DNA of 64,000 bases from Takakia lepidozioides (GCA_030704615.1 CM060731.1:83514001-83578000), one strand, 5' to 3'. Counted from the first letter of the stretch, positions 37,297 to 51,583 are shown. Made by a program: numbers and translations. Notes: generated from the letters alone by a model not told the origin.

Positions 37297-38953
37297 TACC
37301 CAAACCACCTTATGGAATTACACAGGTTGGCAACCCCCTAAATCATTTCACCTTCTATTTGTCGCATGTGCATTAATGAGGTGGATTCGATGCAACGTAT
37401 GTAATTCACTAATTGTTGGGGGGGGGGGGGGGGGATAGGTATCGTGGGATGCACTCATTGCAGGAGAGTATGATGCCGCAAACAAGGCCAAATTTGACCG
37501 GGCACGCGAAGCAACAACAGTCCGCCTTGACAAGCACAAATCCACACACAAGTGGGGCACCGGCCGATCCAAGGGTTTTATCTTGCGATTTGTAAGTCAT
37601 ACTTCCCTATGGATTTTGTTATGACTTCTTTCTGGCTCCATCATCGCGAAGAACTGACTTTAATTTGTGGCATGTGTAGCAACGCGCGTTTGAGAGGAAG
37701 CCATCTCTGGTAGAGTACAACTACGCCAAGGAACATGGTTGGCAATCCCTCATGAAGAACATGGCCAACACGGAGGGGATGAGTGCACTACAGGGCACTA
37801 GTATGGATGAGATCGGGGGTCATGGCCAGGGATTGGATGAGAGCTCTGCGGGACTTAGGGGAACGCCGCCTCATTTAGGTGCTCTAGCAAAGGGCGCGGA
37901 GTTATCAGGCTCATCGGATAGCTCTGAGTCCTCCACTGAGGATGAGGGATGAGGATGACTAGTGCATGTAGGTCCCAAGGTCAGCCTATTGAACCCTTGT
38001 GAGCTTTTCAGCTCATTTCTTGTAAATATATTTCCATCTTTACATCTTTCATCTTATTCATGTGTCGCACCGTCCTCACCCTCGATTCATGCTTGCTCAA
38101 TTGTGTACCTGCTAAATCAGAGAAATGGAAGCTATAAGGTCTCCCATCCCCAAAAACAAAACAAGGCAAAAAACAAAAACCACCCCCAATTCACCCCCAA
38201 AATCAACCCCCAAACCCCCCCCCCCCCCCACTAGGTTGCCCTCGCGATTGCAGGACGTCGCCATTGGCGACGTGCTTTTTGGGCGGGGGTCGCAAGCTGC
38301 GACGGTCCCGCGTCGCAAATCCCATTTGCGGCCGGCAACGCCCGACACCCCCTGCGACGTGTTTTTTTGGTCCGGGGGTCGCAAGCCGCGACGCCCTGGC
38401 ATTGCGGAGCCCGCCACCCTGCCTGCGCCACGTCTTTTATTTTTTTGATTAAATATTTAAAAAAAAACGACGCTAGAGCGTCGCAAAAACCCACGCCCGG
38501 GCGTGGCGGAGCCTGACTCCTGCTCCTGCTGGTTTTTTTTTTTGCCACGCCCAATAGTCGCTTGGCGTACCACCCGGCTTACGCCACGTGTTTTTGGGTT
38601 TTAGGATGGGACTCTTGGGCAGGTTAGAAAAAAAAAGGGGATGCGACGCCGCGCCGTCGCCCCACCAACGCCGTTGGGTGGAGGGCCGTGACGGCGAGAC
38701 GTCGCTCGAAGGAGGCCCCTGCCATCGGCGCGGACGGCCCGAAAAGCGACGTCCGGCAGTCGCGGGAGTTAGGGCGGGGGCTCGCGACCCCCATACGTCG
38801 CATTTTTGCGACGTCATTTTGGCGACGCCTATGAGACTGCCGGGCGACGGCCAGGAGTCGCAAATTCGGCGCCTGCTGCGTGCCCGAAACGCGCGTTTTC
38901 TCGATGCGGCGGCGTGGCCCGGACGTCGCAAAGGCCCCCCTTTTCCTGTAGTG
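37297..38953 (+). mobile_element. Right end of a CACTA (En/Spm) element with an ORF remnant and GC-rich subterminal repeats
   Basis: Ends TTTTCCTGTAGTG (reverse complement CACTACAGGAAAA); dense GCGACG/CGTCGC repeats at 38240-38935; spliced ORF remnant at 37350-37952. Confidence 0.8.
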
Positions 38954-41180
38954 AAACTAATCGTAGTTTCTTTCCACCGTACTTTGTTAATGTGACTCCA
39001 TCTAGATCTCATCTCTCGCGCCGGCGTCCCGTCGTCGCTCCCGGTTCCACCATTCCAACTGCCAATCCCAGAACCTCACTGGGGTGAGTACAAGCGTCAT
39101 CTGCCTTACTTCTCGTAGCAACCTCGTTTCCCTCTCTGTGAACAGCGCCGGATATATCTCCAAAAGTTTGTATGCCTCCAACGTAAATGGGCTAAGAATA
39201 GTTTCTTGCGACCTTTCGACGTGGTATGCTCCCACCGGTTCTGGTACTCCCTCTTCTTGTTCGGTATATATTTTGATTACCATAAAGTGTCCCAAATTCC
39301 AGACCCAATCATGTTCCCTGAGATTGTTGTGCCCTCTCTCTCCTTCGTTGGGTCTGCTCATTCCCCTCGCGGATGGTCTAGCGCCCACCTGGCATTGATC
39401 ATGGCCTTGTAGAACAGGTCTTGCGCTATCCATGCCCACGGACCACCTTCTTTGTTTTGTAATGCGTGGCGCCTTACATAATGGTCCTCTCCAGGTAACT
39501 CTGTTTGGAATTCTCTCCTGATTGCCCCGTTGGTGAGTCGCCAAGTCACACAACCAGATCTCACCACCACAAACCTATGAATACGTTCTTCCAAGTATTC
39601 CAAGTATTTTGCGATGAACAAAATTTTGCTCATATCTTCATCCGTGAAGAGGTCCGGATATTTCCTCCAAAATGCCACTGCTCTTTGATTAGCATAGGCC
39701 TCGTCCCTATGCAACGATGCTTCGTCACGGCCTTTGATTTCCGCCCGGCTCTTAGGACAAGCTTCTCCTCCCGACCGGTTCTTTTTGCACTCGCAAGATA
39801 TCCATTCCAAGAAGTGTCAGTCTGACCAGTCTTTGTGTTGAGCCTTCCCCCTGTTTTTCCTTTCCTTTTGCGGTAGTGGCCTCCTGCAGCTGTTGTTCCG
39901 TCTGTTTTCCTTTCCCCTTGGAAACAGCAGCCTCCCATTGCTGGTGTGCCCTCTGCTCTTCCTGCATAGGATCTGTGTATGTTCCTTCCCTACCAGCAGT
40001 ATGAAGCCGGCATCTGAGTTGCAGTGGATCACTTGGTGCATTGTGCATGGTTTGGCCTCTCCAGTGAATTGATGAAGGACCTGAATGTGGAGAAGGAGAT
40101 TGTAAATCCTGCTGCTGATTAGAGCCTGCTGGTGGGTTCCCTCGTTGATCTTGTAGATGAGAGATGGAGGATGGTGGGGAGCGCTTGTGTTTAGCCGTAG
40201 GGCAGTCCATTTTAATGTGGCCCAACTGGCCACAGTTGACGCAAGCTGTGTATGTAGTGTCTTCTATGAGCTGGATTGTGAAGTAGTTGCCCTCCTCGTC
40301 TATTGGCAATTTAACAAATTGTGGGAGAACATCTTCGTCTGGCATCATCAAAACAAATTTGGCACATCCTGTTTCGTGAAGGCGTGAAGCTATAGTCATT
40401 GATTTCCAAGCCGGGTCCTGCCTTAGGTTATGTGTATACATCTGAGGGTCAAATACAGCCAGACACCCAAGGTATGAACCGAAGTGGCTTGCAATATCCG
40501 CCAAGTTTACCAAGTACTGATCTGGGATATATGGGACGGAGACAATGCGAGGGCCCCATAGTTTTCCATTCCTGTTGCCCATCCTTGGTGACCAAGGAAA
40601 TATATTGACGTTGAAACCCTTTGTGTGTGGATTAAAAAGTAATGCCACGTTAGCTGCCTCTTGTGTTTCAAAGACAATAGAGAAAAAGCCTCGAGTCTCC
40701 ATCTTATCGTTGTTCTGCCTCTGGTTATTTCCGTGAGCCATAACGCCGGTAGTAGCTGAAATCGAGAAATGCAGTAGAAGGCTCGCTAGAGTTACTGAGA
40801 GGGAGGCCAGGGGGTCGATAATGTGGAGTATTGCAAAAAAAGAGGGAAAGAGAAGAAGCGGGAAACGTCTCTGTCGAAAGCGACTGCCTTAATAGTTAGA
40901 GACGGCGGAGGCAGACAGATTAGGGATGATACTAGAGTCTGATATGGAGATGAAATGAAGCTGGGCATTAGGATGAACAGTGAAGATAGTGTGCTTGGGG
41001 AAAACGTAAGGAAAAGACATAATATGCATATCAAACGCAAGCTATGCTTGGTGGCAAGTGCTTGCCTCGGATCTGTGGGGGTAGCCAGAGGTCGAAGGGA
41101 GATAAAAGTGGCGAAGGCGGTGGCCGGATGACCGTTGGGGGTCGTCTCACAGCTCCGCCATCGCTCCCAGAGCTCCCCCC
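38954..41180 (-). mobile_element. 5' portion of an L1-type LINE: ORF1 (DUF4283/RRM-like plus CCHC knuckle), frameshifted continuation, no ORF2
   Basis: ORF 39752-40741 with RGFFSIVFETQEAANVALLFNP...IFPWSP and CVNCGQLGHIKMDC; further ORF pieces 39358-39810 and 39002-39553. Confidence 0.75.
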
Positions 41181-41184
41181 ACTT

Positions 41185-41780
41185 TGAAAATGTATTTCAT
41201 TTAAGTAGTTTTAAACTATATCTCCCCTCTAGTTTATATTAGTTTAATACTATTCTACAATAATTTAAGAGCCCCAGAAAGAGTATAAAAGAAGGGCAAG
41301 GCTTCCTTGTTTCTTCACCTAGTTCATTTGCTTGCTTTGCTCTTGCTTTGTTGTAGTCTAGTTTGCTAGAGGGAGCCTAGGTCCTAGAGAGTGGAACCTG
41401 AAGCTCTCTAGTTTATGAATGTGTTTTCTAGAGCTAAGGCAAGGTGTCTAGCTCATTGTAGGCCTTGAGGCCATTTGGTTTTGGTAAAGGAGAAGTTTTG
41501 TGAAGCATCAAAGTGTGGAGATTGACTTGGAGACGAGTAGGAGAGCTGGAGGTGGACTACCATTGGCGAGTACCAAGGTGGACCGCGTGGAGTGCCACAC
41601 TATCAAGCTATTAGAGCATCTCAAGCCTTCATTTGCCCTTCAGGTGATTTACCACTTCCCTAGTGAGTTCATGTTTTGTGCATTTCCTACCAAGCTAGGA
41701 GCTTGAGTAAATATTGGTTTATTTATATTAGTTTCAAGAAATACTAACCCTTTCAAGAAGAAGGGAAGTCGATGTTCATG
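41185..41780 (+). repeat. Possible LTR-like segment
   Basis: AT-rich start, TATAAAAGAAGGGCAAGG box and U5-like composition; no second copy or clear primer-binding site. Confidence 0.3.
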
Positions 41781-44700
41781 ATCATTTGATTTGTGAAGTT
41801 CAAGTGGAAAGGGGAAGGTCCCCAAGTGAAGACCTCAAAGGGTTTGAGGTCCCTTTAACCAAGTTCATGGTGGAAATTCTTTTTGTTGTGTTTATTTGTC
41901 AATTTTATGCTTAACCAGAGCTAGGGAAGCTCTGAAACTGGCTGGCCAGCAGCCAAGGTGGCTGAGTTTGAGGGCCTTAAGCCAAACTAATATCCCCAAG
42001 GATCAACCAAGGCAAGAGGCCTTTGGGGGGGGAGGTTTGTTTTTGTTTTTGTTTTTTTTTGGTTTATGAAGCTTTCTTGTCGCTGCCCAGCAGCAGAGCG
42101 GGCCGCTGGGCCATAAGAAGATGCGCCATAGCCATTTTCAAATGAGGGAGTATAGGCAAGGGTGGGAGGCCACGCGCCTCGGGGCATACAGCCGCGGACC
42201 CCCACGTTGACTCAAAAGTACTTTCCAGCCATTAAACCAGCACAAGGAGATTGAATTTTGGGGGGGGGGGGGGGGGCTATTCCCCCAAGACCCGCTGGGT
42301 TCCTATGTACGGCGGACCGCTGACAATCGCACAGACCAGGCTCGGGACTGTCGGTCCGTTGCACGGACCGCCCCGCGCCGCCCCACGCTGTGCCACGTGG
42401 CGGGCGGGGCCTTGGACCGCTAGGCGCTGCCGTCGCGCCTACTTGAGGAGGTGTTTTCCTACCTTGGATTATTATGTTTTTGTGATACCCCTCTTAGGGG
42501 AATTTTTGGTGTATCTTAGGATTGGTGGGGTGATAAATATTGAAACTTGGGGAGGTTAGAGCTTAGAGAGAGGGGGATTGTATGAGCCATAGCTCAGCCC
42601 AAGAAGTTTAGAAGCCCCCGAGATATACACCGAGACAGCGAGGAGGAGAATTTGGACGAGAAGTACACTAGCCTTAAAACTAGGCTACAGTGTTAAATAG
42701 TGTCAAGCTTAGAGGTAGGGGATGACGGATTCTGGGTATAGAAAAGGTCTCCACTACCCTTCAGGCAAGGGATTGGAGGGCACGTGGGGACACAGCCCGG
42801 TCCCACCATTTAGAATGTTCTAGAAGATCAACTAGCTTTGAGCGACGGATGAACTGCTGAGAAACGGATGAACGGAGGGCCATCTGCAGTCAGCAATCAA
42901 GGCGGTTGTCCCGCGGCTGTTCTCCGCGGCTGTTCCCCGCATTGGGAGCCGTTCTCCGGAGTTCTCACCTAAGGGGGCTGGTTCCCAGGATGTTCCCTGG
43001 GCCCCCTGAAGGTAATTCCACGATCCTTGGGATTCTCTACCCAAAGGTATTTTTCTTATTTACTTTTTTTTATTGGTTTTGGGTAATTGTTTGGATTGAT
43101 AATTGTGGATAATTAGTCCTAGAGACTTTTGGATTTGAATTGACCCCTTTTAAGCCAGAATTTGGGATTTAAAAGGAGGGTTGCTGGAAGCTTCAAGACA
43201 ACAGAGAGCACTGTTGCAATGATAGGGGAGGAGATGAGGGTGTCAGAGCGGAGGTGCGAAGTGAGAGTAGCGGTTCCACACAGGTCTTTGGCGAGGCGTA
43301 CAGAAAATCTGAAGTGCAAGCGCACCAGTGGGGACGCCTTTTCCCCCACTACCCGTACTTTAGTACTATTGTAGAGCTATTTAGTGTGGCCCGCTGGAGA
43401 CGCTCGTAGGGCTCTCTTCTTGGTATTTGGATGGTAATCTGTGTACTGTTTGGAGTGTACAGGCATGCGTGCTTTGCTGGTAGAGAGGGATGGAATAGTG
43501 ACTTGAGTGAGAAGCTAGAGATGAACAAGAAAATTGTGTGAGTCCTGCAAGGGTTGATCCATATTCCTCACGAAAGACTGCTCTGTATGTTACTTCCCCC
43601 AGAAATTGCATGCCCTCCTAGTGTGGAAAAAGGATTCCCGCCCTTAGTCCTCAGAGTTAGTGCATACACCCACCCAACATTCAAGCATGCATCTAGGAGA
43701 GTGGGCATGCCCAAAGAGGTTAATTTCCCATGTAAATTGGATCCCAACAGGTGCAGAGTAATTGGGCCTGCTCAAGATAACAGTTAGATATCGATCCACG
43801 TTGGGATATCAGGGATTCAAGCAGAGATATACTTTTTCTTAAAGTTAAAAGGTTGTTCTGACAGCCGTTTCCCTGTTCTAAGATACACAGCAGTCTGATT
43901 TTTTGAGCAAATAGCGCTGCCACCATAGAGATCTCAAGGTGCACAAGAATCAAACCCAGATGATGATTGCACTCCTACTCTAAACTGAAGCAAGGAGACA
44001 AATGAAGCACCACAACATTGCTCAATGGGGAAAACTAGATGTAGTAAGGGATAATCAGATAGATGAAGAATATTTGAAATGGATGTTTATTTACTGGTGG
44101 AACTGATATACTCATGGTCACCAACTGCTTTACTGCGTTTTGAAGAGTCTGTTACTTAAGAGTCTGTTACTTAAGCCTCTGAGCCAGACAAACAGAGTAT
44201 TAGAAGTGGACAGTTTCTGCAGGATTAAGTGTACCTGAGATACAGCATCATCCTGTGTCAGCTTGATTTGTAATTGATGCCCCCGAATGTCATCCACATA
44301 AAATGTTGATTATCCGAGATGCCATATAAGGCACAGATTCTGGTTTTGGGATCTGCAAAGTGCAGAATTTGGAAAACCTAGCACCACCCATGGCTTCATT
44401 GGCAAAACATTTGGTTTGTCCCATGTCTCAACAAAAAATACTCTTTCAATAACACTCAGCAAGAGGATCTGTTGCAACAAATCAAAATCGTCAAACAAAC
44501 AAGCTACCAAAGAAGATGGGTTGACAACCAATGTTAAGGACCACAACTTCCGACCCTGATCTGAGTCGACATAGTCGAGTCCTTACCTGGTCACTGGAAA
44601 GGCTGGAATGGGAAGCAAAATGCCAATCCACCACCTCATTATTTTACATCTGCCTCTTCTAACAGGGAAGACTGTAACCTCCTTGTATGGTTCAAAACAG

Positions 44701-45116
44701 CATTAGTCCAGGCCAACTGATGACCACACCTCACGTTTTCATTATTTTTCAATATCTGACAACACAATCGTGAAAACCACAGCTTGCCTTCAGCTTGCCT
44801 TTCCTTCACAATTACCTGTGCAAAACATACATGTGTGCACATGAGTAATGAACCAGGTACTATCACATATGCCAAACAGTATTACGAAAAACAAAGCTTT
44901 GCTATCTAATCCATCTAAGCCATCCAATCCACAGCTATTTGTCCTCGCAAGCTGGACGTGCATTTAGCTACCGACTATTCTTTGCAAGAACTCTGGGCAC
45001 ACTTGAGCAAGTTATGCTCTTACCTCTAAATGCCCCTTATGGAAAAGCACATAATATAAAGTAGCCCCAAACCACACCTTGTACTTTTAAGACCTTGAAA
45101 CTCTGCTTGAAGATAC

Positions 45117-48100
45117 TTACTTGATAGACTTCAAAGATCGAGCTTTTACACTCTTTCGACGCTGATATTGCACCAGATTCACAGAACCATTGGCATTTGG
45201 GACGCCCTGTTCTAAATCATAGTTCTCTGTCTTCTCCTTGATTGGAGTCTTCTCTGATGAGACCTTATAGGCACTGGTCATGCGTTTCAGCTTGGCCAAC
45301 TTCAAGCGAAGGGTACGCTTATCGATGAGGGCTTGGTGATGCTTGCAAAACGAAAATTCCTCTTCAGTTTCCTGTGGGCATTGCCACCCTCTTCCATCAT
45401 ATCGCTTGCACTGTGTGGGTCGAATTGTGAGCTCATGCTGTGAGGATGGCGGACGCCGCCTACGCTTCTTAAGCTCAAAGATTTGGTTGTTGTCTTCCTG
45501 CTTGAGCAAAGTGATGGCCCCTACATCAAGGTGAACAATTGGACTGTTGGAAGAACTTGCAGCTGTAGCATTTCGGTTAGCTTTAGGTCTCTTACTTCCT
45601 CCCCTCCCCAAACGCTTGGCACTCTCCAGCCTTTTGTGATGCGCTAGCTTATTGTCGCGGGGGTCTGGTTTGTCTACAAGCACTGTCTCTTTGCATAGTG
45701 ATATTGGAGAGGTAGGGTATAGAAAAAATTTGCCGCTCTCAAGCTGAACAAAAGAGGAGGAGGAACGCAAAGCCTTAGCTACCTGCACACTTGATCTCCC
45801 ACTCCCATCCTTCAAGCCAGGCAGTCCTTGCTCTTCGATTTTAGATACTGCCTCCCGAGCAGAAAGGCCTCTCTTTCCAGTTGTGCTAAATACACATAAC
45901 AGGGACTTTAATAGCAGTCCCCTTGATTTGACCTCCATGTTCTCAGACTCCAGGTTGGACAGCGGCTTCAACCGCAATCCCCTTGGTTTGATCTCCATGT
46001 TGTCAGATTCCATGTTGCAGATGCAAGTATTGCTTGCCTCTTCCAGCTCCTTGATACCAGCTGTGTTTACAGGGAGTTTCTGAGTAAACCTGCTGGAGAT
46101 GCAAGTATTGCATGTGTCTTCCACCTTGTCAATTCTAGCTGGTTTTATAGGGGGGTAATCCTCCGCTGCCAAAATGAACATAAAGTTGTGAACTTGCAGG
46201 CATAGGAAAAAGACACCATAGTCTGGACAAAATCCATGTTTGCAGTGACACATATAATGGCAGTCAGGTTTCCTCTGGTTAACTTATTTTACCAAATAAA
46301 AGTAAATGACTCCTTTCTGCTGTCCAAACACTGCGACTGAGAGCTTCTCAGTCATATGAGGGTACAACAAGCTCAATTTAATGTTAAAGCAAAGATCTTT
46401 CCACAAGCGACAGGGTCGGAGGATGGAGGTGTCTGAGGGAGAGTCTTGTTAGACAAAAAGAGAAGGCAGGGATTGGAGTGTGTACCGTTGCCCAAACTCA
46501 GGGTGGATTCTGAGAGTGTATCCAAGGGTCTGCACAAGCAAGCACATCAAGCGTGGGTCGACACAACACATGTTTGTGGACCTTCAATCTCAGATATAAA
46601 TGACCTAATATCACTCTGCAACACCGGCAGGTTCAGTGTTGCAGATACTAGGTTTTATTCTTTTGCCTTCATGACTGTTGGGGGTGTCTGTGCGCCAAGC
46701 AACCAAGTGCCTGTAGCCCAGTCCCTCAAGTACACCTAGGAAGTTCTTATTGCTGATGACGGTGTGCTTAGACTAGCATACAGATGTTCAACATATCAAT
46801 ATCATGATGATTCTGCAAAAATGCAAGATTTTTAAGGTTGGTTTTACTTTACCTAAGAGTAGGACCAGCTCTCTGCACCAAATTATCCGCTTCTCTTGTT
46901 GTAGAGCATTCCGTGTGGGCCTGTTACAAGATGTAAAAAACTACTTCATCTTACATAGCCAAACTATCTCAGCTTCAAAAATATTTGCAGTTTGGAAAGT
47001 TACGCAAAAGAATTGAGGCTTGAGTATCTGGTTTCAAGTTCCTATCTGACCAAGTAGGGTTTCCCATTCAAGTGATAGAGTGGAGGCCTCACGACAAGTA
47101 CGTGGTAATTATAACAAACGTTTTATTTCAGCTGATCAGGGTCTATGTTATTGGTCTGGTGACCTAGAAATAATATGTTGACCTCAGGATCAAGGATAAG
47201 TGTAACTCTAGACATTCAAAGCAACATGATCTGTTGTCATCTGCACTCGTTCACCCACCCTTGAAAGATGCCATCAATCAATGAAACTCAAGTGCACAGC
47301 CTACAATCAATGTATGCTGATCACACCACACTTTGCCCAGCCAATGGTTTCACATTAACCCTAACCAATGAAGGGTATGACCCAACATAAGTTTTTAACT
47401 GCATAGGCCTAATCTCCTACTTCTCAACTAGCACTCAATATCTGAGTAGCTGTTAGGACCACATAGTTTGTTTCTGATGAGGAAAAGTACATCTTCGGAA
47501 TGTGTTGGGGGAGGACGGGCGAGAACCGAACCAATCTCAAGAATATATAGACCTACATCAGCATTCCAGCTTCTAAATGGTGAAGGAGGTATGCTCTTCA
47601 CTACTTTGCAACGTTATTAGGCCTACCTTAGAATACGAATCTGCTGTGTGGGAGGGCAACTCCAACCATTCAGAGTCCATATGGCTTTTGATGCTCAAAG
47701 AGATCATGTCAGCCTGCTCTAGAACAGCTAACGTTGATCTCTCAATGTGATGAGATCAAGGTCAGATGGTGGGGTCCGTTGAATCACATGCCTAATACCA
47801 TATGATACAAGTACCTGAATACTAGGCAGGAAGAACTCACCCTGCTAGATGAAGCTGACTTGGAGGCTGAGTGTCTAAGGCCATGTCGGAAGCACAAAGA
47901 ATGTCTGGACAAAACGAAGTTCGGTATAAAACTTCCCTGAACTTGTTTCCAGTTCATGACATGGATGAAGACCTTAAGGATGATCTGAAGGGCTACCTAC
48001 CCTCAGCACTAGACTAAAATAAACCCAGGGCAGGGAGTCTACCTTTGAACAATAAACAGATGCACCGAGGAAAGGGAGATTGTCAATGCCCGATGTGCAG

Positions 48101-49851
48101 GCAGCCTGACGATAATATCCATTTTCTGATACAATGTCTGGGGTACTCTCATCAGAGAGCGACCCTCTTCAGGACCATCAAGAACATTGTGCCTGCACCT
48201 CTGTTCATCAACTGTCAAAATCTTGAGGTTGAGCCTAAAGCCCTGGCCCTGTTTGGTCTAATTGCCAGGCAGCTCACACACAGCAGATTGATACTTGTCT
48301 GAAGGGATTTCTGGAGGAAATCTGGAAAGCTCGAACCAATTGTTTATACCAAGGGAAGTCCCACTACTGGAGTCAGCCCCTCACAAAGGTAGTGTCTATG
48401 TCTACTCCCTCTTGTTCTGCCCAAACTGGGGCACGGGGTCTATGGCCACAACAAGGCTATGGCAAACAACATCTCATGAGTACATTCTCTTCCGCCCAAA
48501 GGGCTACTGCCTTCCATATGGAAGGTGGTAGACTTAGATACATATGACCTCGCAATAATTACACCTAAGCTGCAAGACCTTCGAGAGCCTCCCAAACTAG
48601 ATGATCAGTATAATTACTGACAATCAGGAAAATTCCTGAGCAAGTAACAAATGCCACAAATGCCAAAATCAAAGGCTCAGCTGATATGGGTGAGCCATCA
48701 CATGCTGATCTACCCTGATTATCGCACCAAGATTGCACCATATTTGCATAAACACAGTATGGCATTCGTTCTAAGTCTATGCTTCTCATGTAAACAAAGT
48801 TATGCTTGTTCTAAAGTGGAGGTATGCTCCACAATGGCGAGCTTGGAGACATCTGGCAATAATTGCCATTCACAACAATCCCCTCCCCATGCATGTTGTA
48901 GGCAAGCTGTAGCGCTGATCAGACACCCAAACAGCCCCAGGCATGAAGTTACCTGCCCTGATTTCATACCACTCGAATGGATGCATGACCCAGAAAGATT
49001 GTCAGTTCAAGGATAGCTAATATTCTTTAAATAATGGCCCCATTACCTGACTTTCAGCTTCACCAAAACTTGGTGCCCTGCCTATCGGCACTTGATTCCA
49101 GAATGTGCGCGCATAATGAATGCAATGGTTTGTATCGTGGCCCTTTGTCACCTAACAGAATCATGCCAGGGTCGGCCGAAACGATTTCCGTCTTACCTTA
49201 AGTTTCTTGCATGGCGGAAGATAGTTGCAGGCCTTGGCGTGCACAGCCGCACACCCTTCACATCGCAGACTCTCTTGCTGGTTTAGCTTCGATGCCCCAT
49301 CCATTCGTGTCGCAAGGCAGCATTTACGTCCACCATGAGGAGGTCAGGATAGTGAAAGACTACCTACCTAAGACTCTCCAAATTATTTGTGTACAGTGTG
49401 AGTCGTCAGAACATAGCTCAGTAAGAACGAACCGAAGAATACATAGCATTCAAACTTTCTATTCGACAATCCCTTTTGACATTACCTAGTGCATCCGTGT
49501 CTACGTCCATCTCTGGCTCTCTCTACGGTTCCCCAAAAACCAGAACCAATGCACATATAAATACGGACTGCAAAAACATGATCAGTTTCTTCCATGCAGT
49601 TACTTGCGCGTAGTGGAAACCAGGGTTGAACACACCTCAGGAGGTTTCATTCTATCTTCATCAACTGGTCCTCGTGGTGTGTCTGGCCACGGACCTAAAC
49701 CTTCCTCTCCATCGGGTTGCTTGAGAGGTCCGCGGATTCCACTGTTCACGTCACCATTCCCCCGAGCTACGGCTTGGGATAGCTTCGAAGAATGAAAAGC
49801 TGAATCTGTGCGGTCTAATGAAAGCGCAGGTAAACGCTTTCGGATCCTCAT
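45117..49851 (-). CDS. Probable host gene: plant WRC-domain protein of the MRIRKR...KARSLKS type with a winged-HTH-like segment
   Basis: First exon 49851-49604 (MRIRKR..., GTAACT donor). Large last exon about 46165-45117 with LSAREAVSKIEEQGL...VAKALRSSSSFVQLESGKFFL, WRC motif QCKRYDGRGWQC-X9-FCKHH and C-terminal RRKSVKARSLKSIK. Splice phases require internal exon(s) that I could not resolve. Confidence 0.75.
47590..48485 (+). mobile_element. Second decayed copy of the LINE 3' end, in an intron of the WRC gene (antisense)
   Basis: VIRPTLEYESAVW; CQCPMCRQPDDNIHFLIQC; the 3' tail GGCAAACAACATCTCATGAGTACA matches 31501-31524. Confidence 0.85.
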
Positions 49852-51209
49852 GGCCTTATCCGGATCAAATTCTTCGGAAGTAAGCTTCAGAAGGGGAGGG
49901 GGAGGGACGAAGAGAGAGCCGGGTGGGACCTATGGCCGTGCATAGGCGATTCGATAGGGTATTTGCTCGTTTCAAATTATATTCTTTTCCAGGGTCCTTG
50001 ATATAATTGCAAATACTGCGTCAAGTCCAACCACTTTGTCACTAATCCAAAGCGTCCACGTGGTCATCCAAAGCGGATATTTGCCCGTCCATGCCCAGTC
50101 CAATTTCTTTGTTGAGTGCCTACATGCTTTTAGTAGTCTCTAATTATAATCTACCACTCTATTCACTCACCAGTGTGGCCTGTGCCATTGAGCACATATT
50201 GTTTCGTCATTTTATGTAGCATATACTACGGTAGCCCGTGCCGTTGGCCCAAGTGTCTAGTGTCATCTAAGTCCAAGTGCAATCCTCTATGTATCCAATT
50301 GCGTCTCCTATGTCGAGGCCCAAATGCGACCTCAAGGGTAGCATGTGCCATGGGCCCAAGTGTCAAGTGTCATTTAAGTCCAAGTGTAAGATCTTCTATG
50401 TAGATCATGCCAGGATCCCCGATCTCAGGGGCGGAGCTCCGCCCTCTTGCCATTTTCGTCGCTAAATTTGGTAACCATGACTTACTACCTAGGGTTCCGC
50501 TATTTTTTCAACCTTTATGTGTTATTCCGGCCTCTTTATAGCGGCTACGCTACTTTACCTTGGCTTCTACTTTTAGCTGCGGTCGCCGCCATGGCTCCTG
50601 ATACCGTCTTTCATGTTGCTGCGAGGAGGACTCCCCGCTCTCTCTCTCACGCTCTGCCAACAGGCCTTATAAAAGAATCAAAGCGTCTCTTTTAAGCTTT
50701 ATATTGATGTTTTTAGAGTGGTCTTTACTATCCAAATTTTCTTTCAAAGAGACCGGGACCATCACCGCCACCACCTGGTACTCTGTGCGGGGTGCAGCCC
50801 CTCAGTTCTTTGTCTATGACGACGACCCGCTATGCAGGTGGAAGCTCTTCCCCCCCCCCCCCCCCCCCCTTCCCTCTCTGTTTCAGTATACGACATATGC
50901 AGCGGAGAACATACCGGCATCCACTCACCACCCTCATCGGCTTACTATGCTTGAAGGTGTTACTCAAAACAAGTTCGGGAGGGTTTCAACTCACCCATCT
51001 CACAAAAAAGGTACTGTTGCTGATCTCATGCGCAATGACCCCACTATCCTACGCTCCAAGCATTTATTTTGCGAGACTTGGTCACCCCTAGTAAAACACT
51101 ATGGAGCATCTAACGACATGTGGTACAATTATCCTCATGCACACAACCCGTCAACCCTACTGCTAGTCTACTCCAATCTTCAACACCAAACAGCTTCTCT
51201 GCAAGGATT

Positions 51210-51583
51210 TGGCTCCGCGACGCCATTGCGTCGCGGCTTGCGACCCTCAGACCAAAAAAACACGTCGCAGGGGGTGACTTAATTTACAACGCTTGGCCGT
51301 CGCGGCTTGCGACCCCCGCCCAAAAAACCTTTCGCAGGGGGTGTCTTCATTTACGACATCCGGCCGTCGCGGCTTGCGACCCCCTCCCAAAAAACACGTC
51401 GCCAATTACGACGTCCTGCAGTCGCGAGGCTAGCCTGGTGGGGGGGGGTTGGGGGTTGATTTTGGGGGTGAATTGGGGGTGGTTTTTGTTTTTTGCCTGG
51501 TTTTGTTTTTGGGGATGGGAGACCGTACAACTTTTTTATTTCTCTGATTTAGCAGGTACACAATTGAGCAAGCATGAATCGAG
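51210..51583 (-). repeat. Fragment of the CACTA subterminal region (inverted homolog of about 38080-38410)
   Basis: TCTCTGATTTAGCAGGTACACAATTGAGCAAGCATGAATCGAG is the reverse complement of 38081-38123; same GCGAC repeats. Confidence 0.85.

Noticed and set aside
42260-42300. GGGGGGGCTATT resembling the element terminus
   Set aside because: Lacks the following RTGAGC core and the subterminal repeats.
43720-44875. Short minus-strand ORFs with splice-like signals downstream of the WRC gene
   Set aside because: No recognisable protein motif; they may be UTR exons, and I cannot support a call.
50704-51210. 192-aa plus-strand ORF, possibly a LINE ORF2 remnant
   Set aside because: No diagnostic motif identified, and it runs into CACTA subterminal repeats.
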